Assembly: GCA_964035545.1 (NCBI GenBank)
Contig: OZ037768.1
Coordinates: forward strand, 13,959,675 to 14,023,674
DNA: 64,000 bases
DNA from: Bugula neritina
Taxonomy: Eukaryota > Animalia > Bryozoa
Direction of reading: 5' to 3'
Part shown: positions 11,834 through 25,000 of the stretch, piece by piece
How positions within the stretch are numbered: the first letter of the stretch is position 1
How the letters are laid out: every line of letters begins with the position of its first letter
The notes under the pieces: generated by a model
What the model was told of the DNA's origin: nothing
Databases searched by the model: none
What the model saw: the letters and a program-made list of their open reading frames with translations, nothing else
Program-made: the position numbers and the translations under genes

Positions 11834-11993
11834 TAAATAGACGTGCGTATCATTACTGTTGTACATTAGATTTTATTATGTATTCTTGTATTAAAATATA
11901 ACGATATCTACTCGACTTAACCCGGTGAAGTTTCTCTAGTGATAAATAGACTCTCTTGGAGGCACATCGACCATAAAACTGAAAATTACAACA
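11834..11993 (+). repeat. 3' LTR, right part
   Basis: Resumes TAAATAGACGTGCG... and ends TTACAACA, followed by TSD GTAT. Confidence 0.95.
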
Positions 11994-12274
11994 GTATTAT
12001 AATTATTAATTATGATTATAATGTTAATTATTAATTGAAGTTGAACTATTACTGTTACTATTAGCATTACTTTTAGATTTAGTATTAGTATGACTGTAGC
12101 TGTAATTCATTAGTGTATAACTAATATTCATATTCATATTGTGAGTTTACCATTATCATTGTGATCAACTATTACTACAACTACTACTAGTATTAGTATT
12201 ACTGTAAGTATAACTAATAAACTATAACTGTAACTATGAATTATAAAATATAAATATAACTCTAAGTATAAGTA

Positions 12275-13596
12275 GGGGTAACGGGGGCACAACGGGCCGA
12301 ATTTTGCATTTGTTGCTCTCATTTGTCTGTTTTTCAAGTTACTAGTTCAATAATCTCTAGTCTTAATGCTGCATATGTTGTCTATTACAGGTATCAGTCT
12401 GTTGTTTCTATCTCTCTCACAACTTTCAGAATAATGAAATGTTCACGACAAAAAAATCGGCCCATTGTGCCCCGGTACCGGGGTACAATGGGACACAACA
12501 AATATATTGAAATTTTGCGTATATTTTGTTACATCTGATCTTTATTATTTAATATTACAAATAAATAAAGATTCTCTTTCAGATCTGCAGCAAAATTCAT
12601 GTTTTAGCTGTACAGTTTGTGTTACTACGGTTAGCAGAGGAAGGCAAAATCAAACGCACGTCACTCGGCTCTGCAGTGCCATTATCATTACTGTTTAGAA
12701 CTAAAAATGTTCTGTTATTTTCACTTCAGAGCAACATTTATCAAAAAAAAACTTTAGTAACGTGTACTACAAAAACCCGAGTAGATTTTTTCTATGAACT
12801 GTAGCTAAGGTGCATGCATGGCTGAGGTTTGTGACTAAAGTACGGAGGGGAGAGGGGAAGCAAATGAGCAAATCACAATTTACTTCAGTCAAATACATGT
12901 ATATTCCCTCAATGGTGTAATATAATATAATGATTATGATCATGACTATCTACTAGTAGCAACAGCAGAGTGTTTTGTATTATGTATAAAATTGCAAAGC
13001 TTTAACCTCACCAGATGTATATATTAGGGGAGCTTCAACTTGTAGTTTTGTAGTCTTACCATGATGTCTTTGATATTTTACAAAAAGGTCAGAAATGGCT
13101 TTATCTATAGATTTTAGTAACAGTTCAACCAACTTTTTAGGCAAACAAATTAATAATAGTGATCAGGGTGCAATAATCAGGTGGCCCATTGTGCCCCGGT
13201 CAGCATGGTCCATTGTGCCCCGTGTGGCAAAATTGAGAATAAATGTGCCTCAAGGAAAATTTATTTCAGTGTTTGCTGTTATACTAGTTAAGCATTGTAG
13301 AGACAAGCAATGGCAACAATATTAGTAAAATCTAGGCTTCTTGCCTTTGAGTGTAAAAAGTTATGAGGCTTTAACGACGTCCTAAAAAATTTACAAAAAG
13401 TAGGTAAAAACAATTTTTTACTCGCCTTTTCAACACTTATGTTCCGCAAGTGTTGAAACTACAAAGGCTGAATAATTATGTCAATATCTTTTTATGAAAA
13501 AAAATCACAACTCTAAGTTAATAAGTTCTCTCACAATTTGGCCGGCTTTTTGTACCCCTATGACCGTTGTGCCCCCCCCCCCCCCCCCGTTACCCC
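12275..13596. mobile_element. Non-autonomous TIR DNA transposon (Tc1/mariner-pogo-like)
   Basis: TIRs GGGGTAACGGGGGCACAACGG / CCGTTGTG(C)nGTTACCCC, TA on both sides, internal CCATTGTGCCCCG motifs (12462, ~13186, ~13210), no ORF. Confidence 0.8.
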
Positions 13597-14349
13597 TATA
13601 ACTTAAGCTATAACTATAAGTAATTTAATATTACTATTACTATTTGTGACAGATATGTAAAATGAATATATTTTAATACCATCTCTAAAGGTTTTCTATC
13701 AATTGAAGTATTAATATGATGATATTATGCTTTAGCTATTTAGTTATAATGATTTAAGTCAGTATTAGTATTACTATTAGTATTATTATTACTATTATTA
13801 AAGTTATTAGCGGCCTTAGTTATGAGTATTAGTATTACTATTAGTATTAGTAACGTAGTAGAAGTAGTGTTACTATTGGTATTGTAATGTGCATGGCATT
13901 GCATTATACAGTTATGTAACCTGTTTTGTAAATAGTTTGCTGTTTTCCTCTGTGTCCTAAATCCTTTTTATCTTTGTGGTTTGTATACATTGTCAATCTT
14001 GGAGATGTGTTTGCAGTGATCAAGTGTGCTTTCTGAATAAGGATATTTCATTGAACTTTAAATATAATACTATTACAAGCTATTTCGGCATTCATCAGTG
14101 GTAGAAAAATGGCAGTCAGGGTGTCACAATACGCGAGACCTATATCAAATCAAGCCAAAATCTCAGCAAACAACCTGCGCAGTTCTGATAAACATAAAAT
14201 TTATCAAATGTATCCGAATCATGCAACAAAGCTCTCATGGGCACCGAATTTCAAGTCTACAATCCACAGACAACCAGCAAGTAGCTCTCTGCCTGAGCAA
14301 AGCACTTTGGCTAAGTTGAACTCATTCCTGGCAGATGCCAGATAGATGC

Positions 14350-14740
14350 GTGTTGGTGTAAGAGCCAATGAGTCGACACAGAAATGGTAGTCATGGTTGA
14401 ATTTCATATTTTGCATGTAGCTGTGCTCTTTTTCTGCAGCAAGGTCTGAATCGGGTGTTGTTAGAGCTAGTATAGCTGGTAAAGTTGGTACTGTTGTTCA
14501 GAGGCGTCTTCCCATCAGTAGCTCAGCTGATAAGTGTTCATTTCTTATGGGGGTCCTACGATCTGACGACAATGCTTTGTAGGGGTCATCACGCTTGTCC
14601 AGTAACATTTTTATAGTGCATACTACGCATTCACCCTCACCTAGTAGAAGGCTCATAGAGACTATGGTGAACTAGTCGCATATGGGAACTGGTAATCCTT
14701 TGAAACTTGTTGAAAATTTTGTGCTGCACACTGAGGTTCA
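14350..14740 (-). pseudogene. Decayed Gypsy integrase fragment
   Basis: Minus-strand translation ...TSSP...GEGECVVCTIKMLLDKRDDPYKAL...RTP...SAELLMGRRL*TTVPTLP resembles the Gypsy IN core end. Confidence 0.65.
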
Positions 14741-15009
14741 TGAGGAAGTTAGACACAATGCTGTGTAAACTGCACAATACCCTTATTTTCCCACAAGCTG
14801 CTATTTAGGTGTTGTATTACAGCATTTTTGCCATACAAGTTTTCAAAGAAAAAGCTATGAAAAGCAGAATGCATCATAAGTAAAAAAAATTGAAACACAA
14901 TCTAGAGGTCAAGTCTTACAATAAAGGGGGAAGGGGGTTCATTCTGCACAGTGCTGGGGTTGTACCACATACTCGTTACTACTCAAATCAAGAGGTTTAG
15001 TTGTAATCA

Positions 15010-15117
15010 CCTACTACTACTTTTGCTACTGCTGCTGCTGCTGCTAATACCACTACTGCTGCCGCTGCTACTGCTGCTGCTGCTAATACCACTATACTAA
15101 CTAATACTATCACTGCT
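15010..15117. repeat. (ACT/GCT)n microsatellite
   Basis: Visible trinucleotide runs. Confidence 0.85.
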
Positions 15118-15244
15118 ATTTTATTTAAAGGATATTATTTGCAAGTTGAATTGAATTTGATTGGCACTTTTATTTATTTTGTAGGAAATCAAGCTGTTAA
15201 ATGAGTCTACAGTTAACAGAATTAATTAAGTCAATAACTGAATC

Positions 15245-18200
15245 ATGATCTTTTACAACTTTATTGTTCGTCCATTTATCTATTTACTCAACAATGGATT
15301 TCGGCTGTATTACACTCATGTCCGGAGAGTTAAACCTCGTTATATCTTGAAGTTACTGAGTATTCCTGCAATATTCATATTTATCTTTCTAATATACAAA
15401 CAATTTCCATCTCATTCACCAAAGTGGTAAGTGAGAAAATATTTGAACATACCCACTTTATTTGTACATTTCCTACATATTGTATACAAGTTGAAGGAGA
15501 CAAAAATTTTTACAATTAATTGTGTTTTTCTACTTGGCATAAACTGTCTTGTTGTAATTATCTTTTTTGTCAACATAGTTGTATATAATATTTGTTTTAT
15601 TGTTTGCGTTTTGTTCTGTGTACAATAACATTAATTGCAATATTTCTAAATTTTCAGGTATAAGCACATCAAAATGTCTTTGAAGACTTATGATATGAAT
15701 GTTGCGGTTGTGGAAGAACACCATGAAGGTTGGTTTATGTGATGTTAGTTTAACTTGCCAGTTTGATGTAGTCTGTGTTGCTTGAAACAGGAGGTGATCA
15801 TGTGGCATAAATAATTTGTTTTAAATAATGCTATACTTAGCAGCTGCACCTGTACCTACGTTAGCTGGTGTAGTGATTGTATTTTAAGAGCTATTGTAAA
15901 GCAATTGTCCTCTGTTCTTGCCCTCTGATGATAGCGTATTGTTATTAGAAAAAAATCAAATTGTAAGATTACTGTATATGCATCCTGTGTCATGGCGTAA
16001 TGTAGGATTTTATTGCATATCTTTACTTCTAGTGCTCCAGTACTGGTTTACTGCAGCTCACAAGAACTTACTTCCAGCCACTGGCAATGTGCTGGTATGT
16101 TTTATATTTTGAATTTCAAGCCAATTTAACACTGCCTTTGTACACTTTCCATATTAAACAATTAAAGCTGAGCAGGCGAGAGGCTGCATGCTGTTGGTTG
16201 AATGTTTCTATCAAAAATTGTGCTTCCTATGGCTTAGTTGTGTTCTGTGTATTATAGCCTTTGTTTGAATAAGCTCCATTTAGTATAGAAATAACAAGTA
16301 TCAGGAATTCTAGATTCACATTGACGGCCATGCTGACTCGGGGATTCCTGCATATGAATCTGAAGTATCCACGTTTAAAACACCTGAAAATGCAGAGCAT
16401 ATACAGATGTTAATGCAGCGTAATGATGTATTTATCATGGTAAGGCAATCTTTAGAATAGCTATAAAGTGTTTCCCTTAGTCCATTGTGTGTGAACAAAT
16501 TAGAAAATGATGTGTTTTCTCATCATCTAGTAAGTTTTATTTAATTATTTAATGCGATCAGTTATATTATTGAATGCAGAAAAGTTTTATTATCAACACT
16601 TGTAGAGTAAGAGTTTCTTAAATATCATCTAGCGTTAGTTTCATTCAATGTTTGCAGGCAGCTGCGTATAAAGATTTTATTTCAAGGTTTGTCTGGGTTT
16701 ACCCAGATTGGATGGATGTGTCAGGTTTTACAGAAGGCGAACTAAATGGTGCAGAACTTAAAGTGGAAATAGGGTTTTACGATTTGTATTACAAAGATAA
16801 GCTTTATACAGGCACTTGTGGATGCTTTGTAAGTATCATTTGCAGCATAATGTGGCAACTTTTCAAACCTCAGTTTTTGTTATTTAAAAAGTTGAATAAA
16901 ACTCGTAAAATTGTTGTGGTAAAACCTATTGAATATAACCTAATCTTTTTATAACATCATTTTATAGCAAATTTGTATTTCTTTCAGTTTATAGACAAAT
17001 TTTTGGCAAAATACATTTTATAACTCAGTTTCACTGTTGAGAAACTCCTACTTTAATGGTAATATTGTTTGCCTTTACTTATACAATTAGATAACAATTA
17101 AATATTTAGGACTTTTAATTTCTAGCTTTGGTAATCGTGTAATAATTTTATTCTTACTACAATGTAATGTGTAATATTTGTGCTATCAACTATCAAATCT
17201 GCTATTCTAATTTTTGAATTTATAATATCCATATTGTATGAAACCTAATAAATTTTAAATCGTAATCACTATTATGATTAGTCATAGCATTAAAAATTAT
17301 ATTTGTTGACAGCTCTAATGGAAACTACATCTTGTTACTGCTAGCACTACTATAAACTTTTCTGTACTTTTTTGAATTGTTTAATATTTAAGCTTGCAAG
17401 ATAGTATGGCTAAGAATATTATTTATGCTTTCAGGAAGTTCATCGAAACACTACTGAATGTGATTTTATTGATGAAGCGGGCTCTCTCATCACAAATTTC
17501 ACTGAAGGATGTAAAACGTATCGAACTGTGAGTCGTGATTAATTTTAATGATGTGTGGGGTATAAAAAGTATGATCTGTCAGTATATGTAGCTCCTAATT
17601 TATATTCGTGTATAGCTTATGCTATAAATATGTAAATGTAACATAACGTGTGCCTTCAGCTTAGTATATGGCTAGACTGTCAACTCATGTCTCACTTTGC
17701 ATAGCAGTGCTGGGCCACAGAATATTTTTGGTCCCACCCATTATACTATGTATTTGATTGATAACTTTCCCTTCTGTTGGGTGTTTACAGCTACCTATGC
17801 ATATGATTCAATCATCACAAGCACCTGTCATTTTGCCAAGTATTTTGGCAAAGACAAGCGCTGCTCCAATTATTCTTGATATAGATGAAGATTATTTTGG
17901 AGTTATGAAAGGCAGTGATCTGTTGGAAGGCATTAATTTTGAACTAATTGAAAAGTTCAATGAACTATTAGCTGATGTCTTTACTATTAAAAATATTAAG
18001 GGTTAGTAGATTACTAATTCGTAATCAAATTATGATTTAATGAAAAGTCAAATTAGCTTTTCGATTCTTATGAGTTAGAAACACTTCATGTCAATACTGT
18101 CATATAATGCTGTAGTTATACTGCATGTTCATATGTATAATTTTTGTATATATACTGTGTGTGTGCGTGGGCCTGTGTGTGTCTGTATGGTGTATATACT

Positions 18201-19860
18201 GTGTATGTACTGTGTATATGGTGTATATACTGTGTGTATAGTGTATATCATACTGTGTATGTACTGTGTCTATAGTGTATATACTGTGTGTATGGTGTAT
18301 GTACTGTGTGTATACTGTGTGTATGGTGTATATATTGTGTGTATGGTGTATGTATACTGTGTGTATGGTGTATATACTGTGTATATATTGTGTATGGTGT
18401 ATATACTGTGTGTATATTGTGTGTATGGTGTATATACTGTGTGTATGGTGTATATACTGTGCGTATGATTTATCTTTTCACAATGTAATTTCTATCACAA
18501 ATTGATGCGATTTGATGGTTATATATGCAATGGTTTGTTTTCAGATGAAGTTAATGCGCATAAACTTCTGCTCAATATCCTTCATTTGGTTAAAGTGACT
18601 TGCACCTCTACTCTATCCAACATGAGAGAGTGTAGCCGGGAGCATTTTAGACATATTCAACGGTTTTTAAGAGAATCTGGGCTGCAACACACACTCATTG
18701 GCAAAAGGTGATTCTTAGATCTATTGGTCTCATTTACATTGTCTACACACTGCTTTAAAATACTGCATCTTAATGTACATGTTTAATGTTTAGTGGTAAA
18801 AAATTACCTAATTTGTAATTATGTATATACTTCTTGAGATCATAACTTTGAAATGTCTGGTTTCTAAGCATAGCATAGGAACCATTCTTGTATTGCAGAA
18901 GCCTGCGCAGTGATGAACTCTTAAGCATTGTATCATATATTTCAAAGAATTTCAATGCTCAGCACATTGACCAAATATCTGGAGTTGGATTCTGTTTAGT
19001 TACCAGTACTCAAACTCGAAAACTAAATGTCACGAGAGATTTTCAGATACGCCCGTGAGTTTGCCATTTGTTTTAGTATATTGCATTGGTTTATGTTGAT
19101 GTTTAATCTGTTCATAACTGAATAGAATTATTTATTACTTTTAATATTTATTCAGTACATCTAGCGCCTAAATCCCACCCCATAACCCGTAAAAACTAAT
19201 ATAATTATAATGTATCGTTGATATAAAGGACAGGAGAATGCAATTACAAAGAGCATAACATGTAATTATAATAAGAGTAAACAATTGCAAATTACATATT
19301 ATTACAACACCATTGTGCTGCACTAATATGAATGTAATGTATCGATTATGGTGGTAGTAGAAATTTTAAACTGGGATCTTTTATGAATTGCATTCAATTC
19401 ATAATTTCTGTAATGTATTTTCCTGTTTATGCATTCTACCAAAGTAATTATATTATTTTGAATTTTGCCAACCTTCCTACACATATCTTATCATTTTGTG
19501 TGATTCGTAAAATGACTATTACTTATTTAACTATTTTATACTTTTTATGTTAGGTATGAGACCATTTCTGTATGCCATGGAGTTAACACACCGTTTTCTG
19601 AAAATCAAATCTATATTCCGTCCGAAGAGGAACTGGATGCCAACATAGATGTTTATGAATCTATTTTAAAGCAAGTACCAAATGACAAAGTAATACTGAT
19701 AACAGTTGTTCGTTCTAATAGAGATGGTTTTACACCTCGTACTTTGCAACCAGAGATTGAAGAGCATGTATTAGAATCTCTCAGTAATAAGTTTGGTAGA
19801 ACAAATGTAATATATGACCCTAATCTGATGTTGCATATTGGACAGGGAGTAATATTATGA
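15245..19860 (+). CDS. UPF0489 (C5orf22-family, arginase/deacetylase-like fold) protein with N-terminal hydrophobic anchor; 10 coding exons
   Basis: Exons ~15245-15426, 15658-15728, 16033-16094, 16314-16439, 16658-16828, 17435-17527, 17791-18001, 18545-18707, 18899-19054, 19554-19860, all GT-AG and in phase; motifs VVEEHHEV, IHIDGHAD, WVYPDW, LDIDEDYF, ITVVRSNRDGFTP. Confidence 0.88.
18150..18465. repeat. Degenerate ~22-bp TG/TA-rich minisatellite (intron)
   Basis: Repeats of gtgtatatactgtgtgtatg; source of spurious VY/CV-rich ORFs. Confidence 0.9.
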
Positions 19861-20798
19861 TACTTTTGTAAAAAAAGATTTGATCTCTAGCTATTTTAGA
19901 TGCAGTCTCAAACCACTTTTTGTCTATTTGTTGGTAAAAGAGAGATTCGTGCACTTACACAGCTACTTTATATATTTATCTTTCAATTCTCTATTTCTCT
20001 TTTCAACTTAGTTTTATTTATTTATAAATTAAAAATAAAATATATTCTTTTAAAAAGACAATCCTGTAAGCAAAGCACATGACATCACTATAAACTGCTT
20101 TAGTTTATATGCTAATACAATCAAATAACATGTAAACAAAATTCACGAAGAAAAGCACTAACAGTACAATGACACTGATTTAATATAGCAATACGTAATA
20201 TGTCCCAGTCACTTGTAGGTGCTTTCTTTTGCTTTAAATAATAATATACAATGCAAATGCTGCAATAATTTTGTGTAGCAGCATATGGCCCATCAGGAAA
20301 CTTAAGACGACTGTAAAGCTACAACTAGATATTTACAATTACAACTAGTTATAGCACATATCTCTGGTAAGCAATAGTATTAATAATGATATGCAAGTCT
20401 TTTATTTATTAGTTTAGTCTCCAGAAATGAAATTGAAAAAATGAAAAGAAAAATTTGGTTTGTTACAAAAGCTAATTTCTTTTCACATCAAATTAAACAT
20501 GACAACAGTGAAGGGACTCCAGCATACAGTATCTTATGAGTGGGAGTGGCTGCAACTACTTTTCATGATAGTACAAAAGGTATCCAATAAAAATATTGAA
20601 AAAAGGCTCAAATTTAAAGCATCATAAAATTTAATAGAATAGAAAAATAGAAATGAGGCAATTTTCTAAAACTAACTGAATGATCTATGCATTATTATCT
20701 CTATAATAAAATATTTAAAATGTTTTTTGAATATAAGAATAATAAAATGCGCAGTAAAAACCAACAGGTTGGTTTGGCTGATAAATTTACAAGCTAAC

Positions 20799-21715
20799 TT
20801 AGTTGAAACAACCTACAGTTGTATTAACACTTGAGATAAATTTAGTATGGTCTAGATTCACTCCATTTACTTTAACATCATCAACACAACCATTAATGCT
20901 GGCCTTCGGTATATATGATGGCAAATTGATGTAGCCTACAAAACAAACTAAAACTGTGTCAAAAAGAAGACAAAGCGTAATTGATAAACCAAAGTAATGT
21001 ATATACACAAGTATACATATATAAGAGTTTGCGCACACATGCACACACAAATGTAATATAGATATTTACAATCTTGATAGCATTAGCTGCCAGACGTTTG
21101 GGACTTGAGTATCAAGAAAATGCTGACTGACGTCACACAACACCAACAGTGAGAAAACGAAGTCGTGCAAAACACAACATTGTATATTCAACACAATTAC
21201 TTTAGATATGACTGTGTACAGGTATGCACTTTTAGAGAAAATGTGAATAGATTTCAATATTTGGAAATTAATAAATTGAATACTTATACAAGCAATTATT
21301 AGCCCATTCATACAGATAGACGAAATTCAAATGCATGTATACATTGTTTATAAAGGCAATAATTTTATACCACATGATAAACTAGATAATAAATAAAATA
21401 ACTGCTACACAGAAGTGCTGTTATGGAAGTATTAACTTACATAATTTAACAAAACACACCTGGAACACTGCCTATATAGATGTCAGCGTTTTGAAGTTGC
21501 CAAGACTCTTCAAACATTATTTCATATTCAAAGTTATCATCAGCTATAGACAAGTTCAAAATATTTAGCTTCAGAGAAATTCTTATACTGTCTCTGACAG
21601 CATCACAGAGGTTAGCTGATGTAGAAACAGAATGAGGGTGAACGATAATCCTTTCTCCACCAAATATATGGCCAAAAGCTACCATAACCTACAAATAAAC
21701 TACTCTTTAATAATG

Positions 21716-21785
<70 letters not shown>

Positions 21786-21937
21786 TCTATAATTAAAAAT
21801 GAATCAAAAGAACTCAATATTTCGAAAAATAGAGTATTTATATTTGGTACTAATACAATTTTGGATAGAAAAATAAACTTAGATCTTCATTCTATGAAGA
21901 TCTAAGTTTATTTTTCTATCCAAAATTGTATTAGTAC

Positions 21938-22028
<91 letters not shown>

Positions 22029-25000
22029 GTTAAGAGGTTCAACAGGACATAGCAGGTTTCAGTTTATGCTAGCTGATGACTCAGTTTAGAGAAAAGCTCT
22101 GATTTGACTAACACCACCTGCATTACATTAAATCTACAGTAAAATCAACAGAAAGTAATGGAATAGCTAATGCAACAAAATTACTCAATACATCTCCCTA
22201 AAAGTTATTGCTTGAACTTCAAAAAAAATTATATAAAAATTAAAAGAAATGGTTGAAGTAGATAGATAATAGAAAACTTGCATGAGAACTACACACGTTG
22301 ACTTGGTGCTACTGTGTACTGTAAAATATGTGTTATATCAGTTTAAAAAATGAAAAGCTGTAACAAACATGTTAGAAGACCTACCTGTGTGTTGTTAACA
22401 AATAAACTAATGTAACAAATGTTGTCAGTAGCTGACATGAGCAAGTAGTTCTTCTCATTGCTTCGAATTCTAATTCCAAATTCAAATGCTGATTCTCTTG
22501 TAATATTCAAAGTTGAATCTGAAAACAATAAGCCAAAACCAAACTGCACAAGTATATTTTTCATAGATATTGCAATAGGTTATAACTACTGCAGAATTTT
22601 TACACTCGTCATTGTCTATAATTTCCAGGGAGCAGCCGTGGTCTAGGGGTTCAAGCTTTTGCTTTGTGAACACGAAGTCATGGGTTCGAACCCCGACAAA
22701 GGCCATTGGTGATGTTAGGAAGAGCATCCAGTCATAATTGCTCCTGTGCCTCATTTGAACAAGTCCTTAGCCCGTTCTAATAAAAACCCTTTCCAACAGG
22801 GGTTTCTCACAGGGATAGCGACTATAAACTTGCGTGAGTTTTTTTATTGTCTATAATTTCCAACATATATTATTATATGAACTGTTCCTTTGACACAGCC
22901 TAAGAATTTGAGTTTGTATCAACTATAATATACTATCGCAACACAAACGACCTATAAAAATTTTAGTTCTTTTTCTACAAAAAATATATTGCACTATTTC
23001 TTTTTTATATTGTTAAACATTCTAAAAAATTTTACTTAACCCACTGAAATTCGAAAACTCTAGCCATTCACATGTAATTTGCTTCACTGCATATAGACTA
23101 ACTGCTTTACACTGCTTACACCTACATAGATGTATGGAGCTGCTTTCTCGTAGATATATCCCTGTCTCTATATCAGAATAACATGGCCTTGTGCCTTCAC
23201 TACTGGAAGGATTTGTTAGATTAAATATTGTCTTCTCTTGACTACGTGATGAGCTAAACGTTACGAAGTCAATACACCCATAGAACGAATCAGCAACAAT
23301 CTGGGAATAAAAACATCTGAATATAATAATCTAACAATTGTGTATTCTTTTCTTTGATTTAAATTAAATAGAAAAATATGGGTCTGTAAACACACAGTTT
23401 TTCAAGCACTAAGAAAACCATATTGAATTACAGCTTACTTCTTCTGGAATGCTTTTCTTCAAGTCATTTCTTACTCCTCCGACATAAAGTTCTGTTGCTA
23501 TATTCAAGTTAGACACATTTTTCAGTACTTTCTGGTTGTTTGAATAGTCTTGTCTGTCATACACAACCTTCAATAGTCAACCAGCTAAATAGTAGATAAA
23601 TTTAATATAAGATAAATGTAATTTCATACAATTGAGTTACTATTTTACATCTTATCATCAAACAATTGACTTGCCAGAGCCATAAAGTTGTGATACCGAA
23701 GCAATGTAATTGACCACCATAAGCCATCAGCATATGCATAGTTGGTTTTGATAATATCTGAAAGCATGGTATCTGTTTGCACAGCAAGATTTAGGTGACC
23801 ATCAAGCATGAACAGGGAGAGCCATTGTGAAGGAGAAGTTGCATCATTCGCTGCATATAACAACAATCCACTTGATGCCAAGGCACGAAATCTTAGAGTC
23901 ATCACCACACTAAAATCAATACAAAATGGGTTCACTATATACTGTATGTAGTAAGTATATACTGCATGTAGTGTGTGTATACTGTATGTAGTGTATACTG
24001 CATGTAGTATGTGTATACTGCATGTAGTATGTGTATACTGTATGTAGTATGTGTATACTGTATGTAGTATGTGTATACTGTATGTAGTTTGTGTATACTG
24101 TATTTAGTACATGTATACTGTATGTGGTAAGTGTATACTGTATGTAATGAAATCTCTGAGTATCATGTTTTAACAACTAAACACGACCAAAATTATACCT
24201 GAATGTAAATCTGCTGACAATATTTTCCAAGTTAAAAGAAGCATAGCTAATATCTTCATCACCAAATCGTCTTCCGTAGCTTAAGTGCCCAATAACTGCA
24301 TCTGGTGAACAAGTAGGTGGGGGTATGGTAGGAAGCGGGGGAGTGGTAACCAAATTGGAGGGCCGGAGTGGTTCTGGAGAAGCTTTTATTCCACTCAGAG
24401 TGATCAAATTGATCTCCGTATATATAGTAGTAGTTAGCAGAGGAAGTGTCCTAAAAATACAGTACTTGTCAGCATACTACTGAGTAATAAGAATAAATAC
24501 ACTTTGTAGATGTTATCTATAGCTCTAAGACTATGTACACAACAACAGAAAATTGTTGAGTCTATGAAGCGTAGCATAAGTTAATTATTTTGTGTTCAAT
24601 CAATAATCAGCCACCCAGTAATTACAGTTCACGCACCGTTTCCGTAAGGCACATACCATTCATTCAGGGTTAGCTGTGTTACACCACCAACAAGTCCTTG
24701 GTTTAATGGAACTCTTTTATCTTCATAATCACCAAGTTGTAAAGACCACATTGCATGTTCTCCGCAGAAATCTGTGCTGTTGAAGTCAACTTGATAGTTT
24801 GAGTTTTTGCCACCATTGATTACAAAATCAAAGCTGAAATATTTACCAGAAAAACATTCAGTATTCAAGGAGCTAGAATTTTACACTAGAAAAATTATAG
24901 TTATTTAACGCTCAGTCATTAAACTCACAAGTAGTTTCAAACATAATTTTGGGAAGTGTGGTTATCAGAAAGAGTGCAAAGTTAGAATAAAAGCTAGCTA

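Larger units (their letters stand above)
390..11993 (+). mobile_element. Gypsy/Ty3 LTR retrotransposon (full length, 3' LTR interrupted by a DNA transposon)
   Basis: TG...CA LTRs, 4-bp TSD GTAT (386-389 / 11994-11997), PBS, PPT, gag, and pol domain order PR-RT-RH-IN. Confidence 0.97.

Noticed and set aside
14098-14345. ORF vaguely like a LINE C-terminus (KWQ...LYQIKP)
   Set aside because: Too short and degenerate to assign
18088-18505. Cys/Tyr/Val-rich ORFs (also near 23916, 28740, 51210-51558, 57606)
   Set aside because: Translations of micro- and minisatellites
20234-20310. Possible alternative hydrophobic (GPI/TM-like) last exon for laminin, VVLSFLMGHMLLHKIIAAFALYIII*
   Set aside because: Would remove the final LG5 Cys; AT-rich DNA readily gives hydrophobic peptides; could equally be a 3' UTR exon after TAA|GTTAGC
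22070-22110. CTGATGA...GAAA hammerhead-like string
   Set aside because: No convincing stems I or III
22628-22700. tRNA gene
   Set aside because: tRNA-like head of a SINE with TSD; acceptor stem does not close
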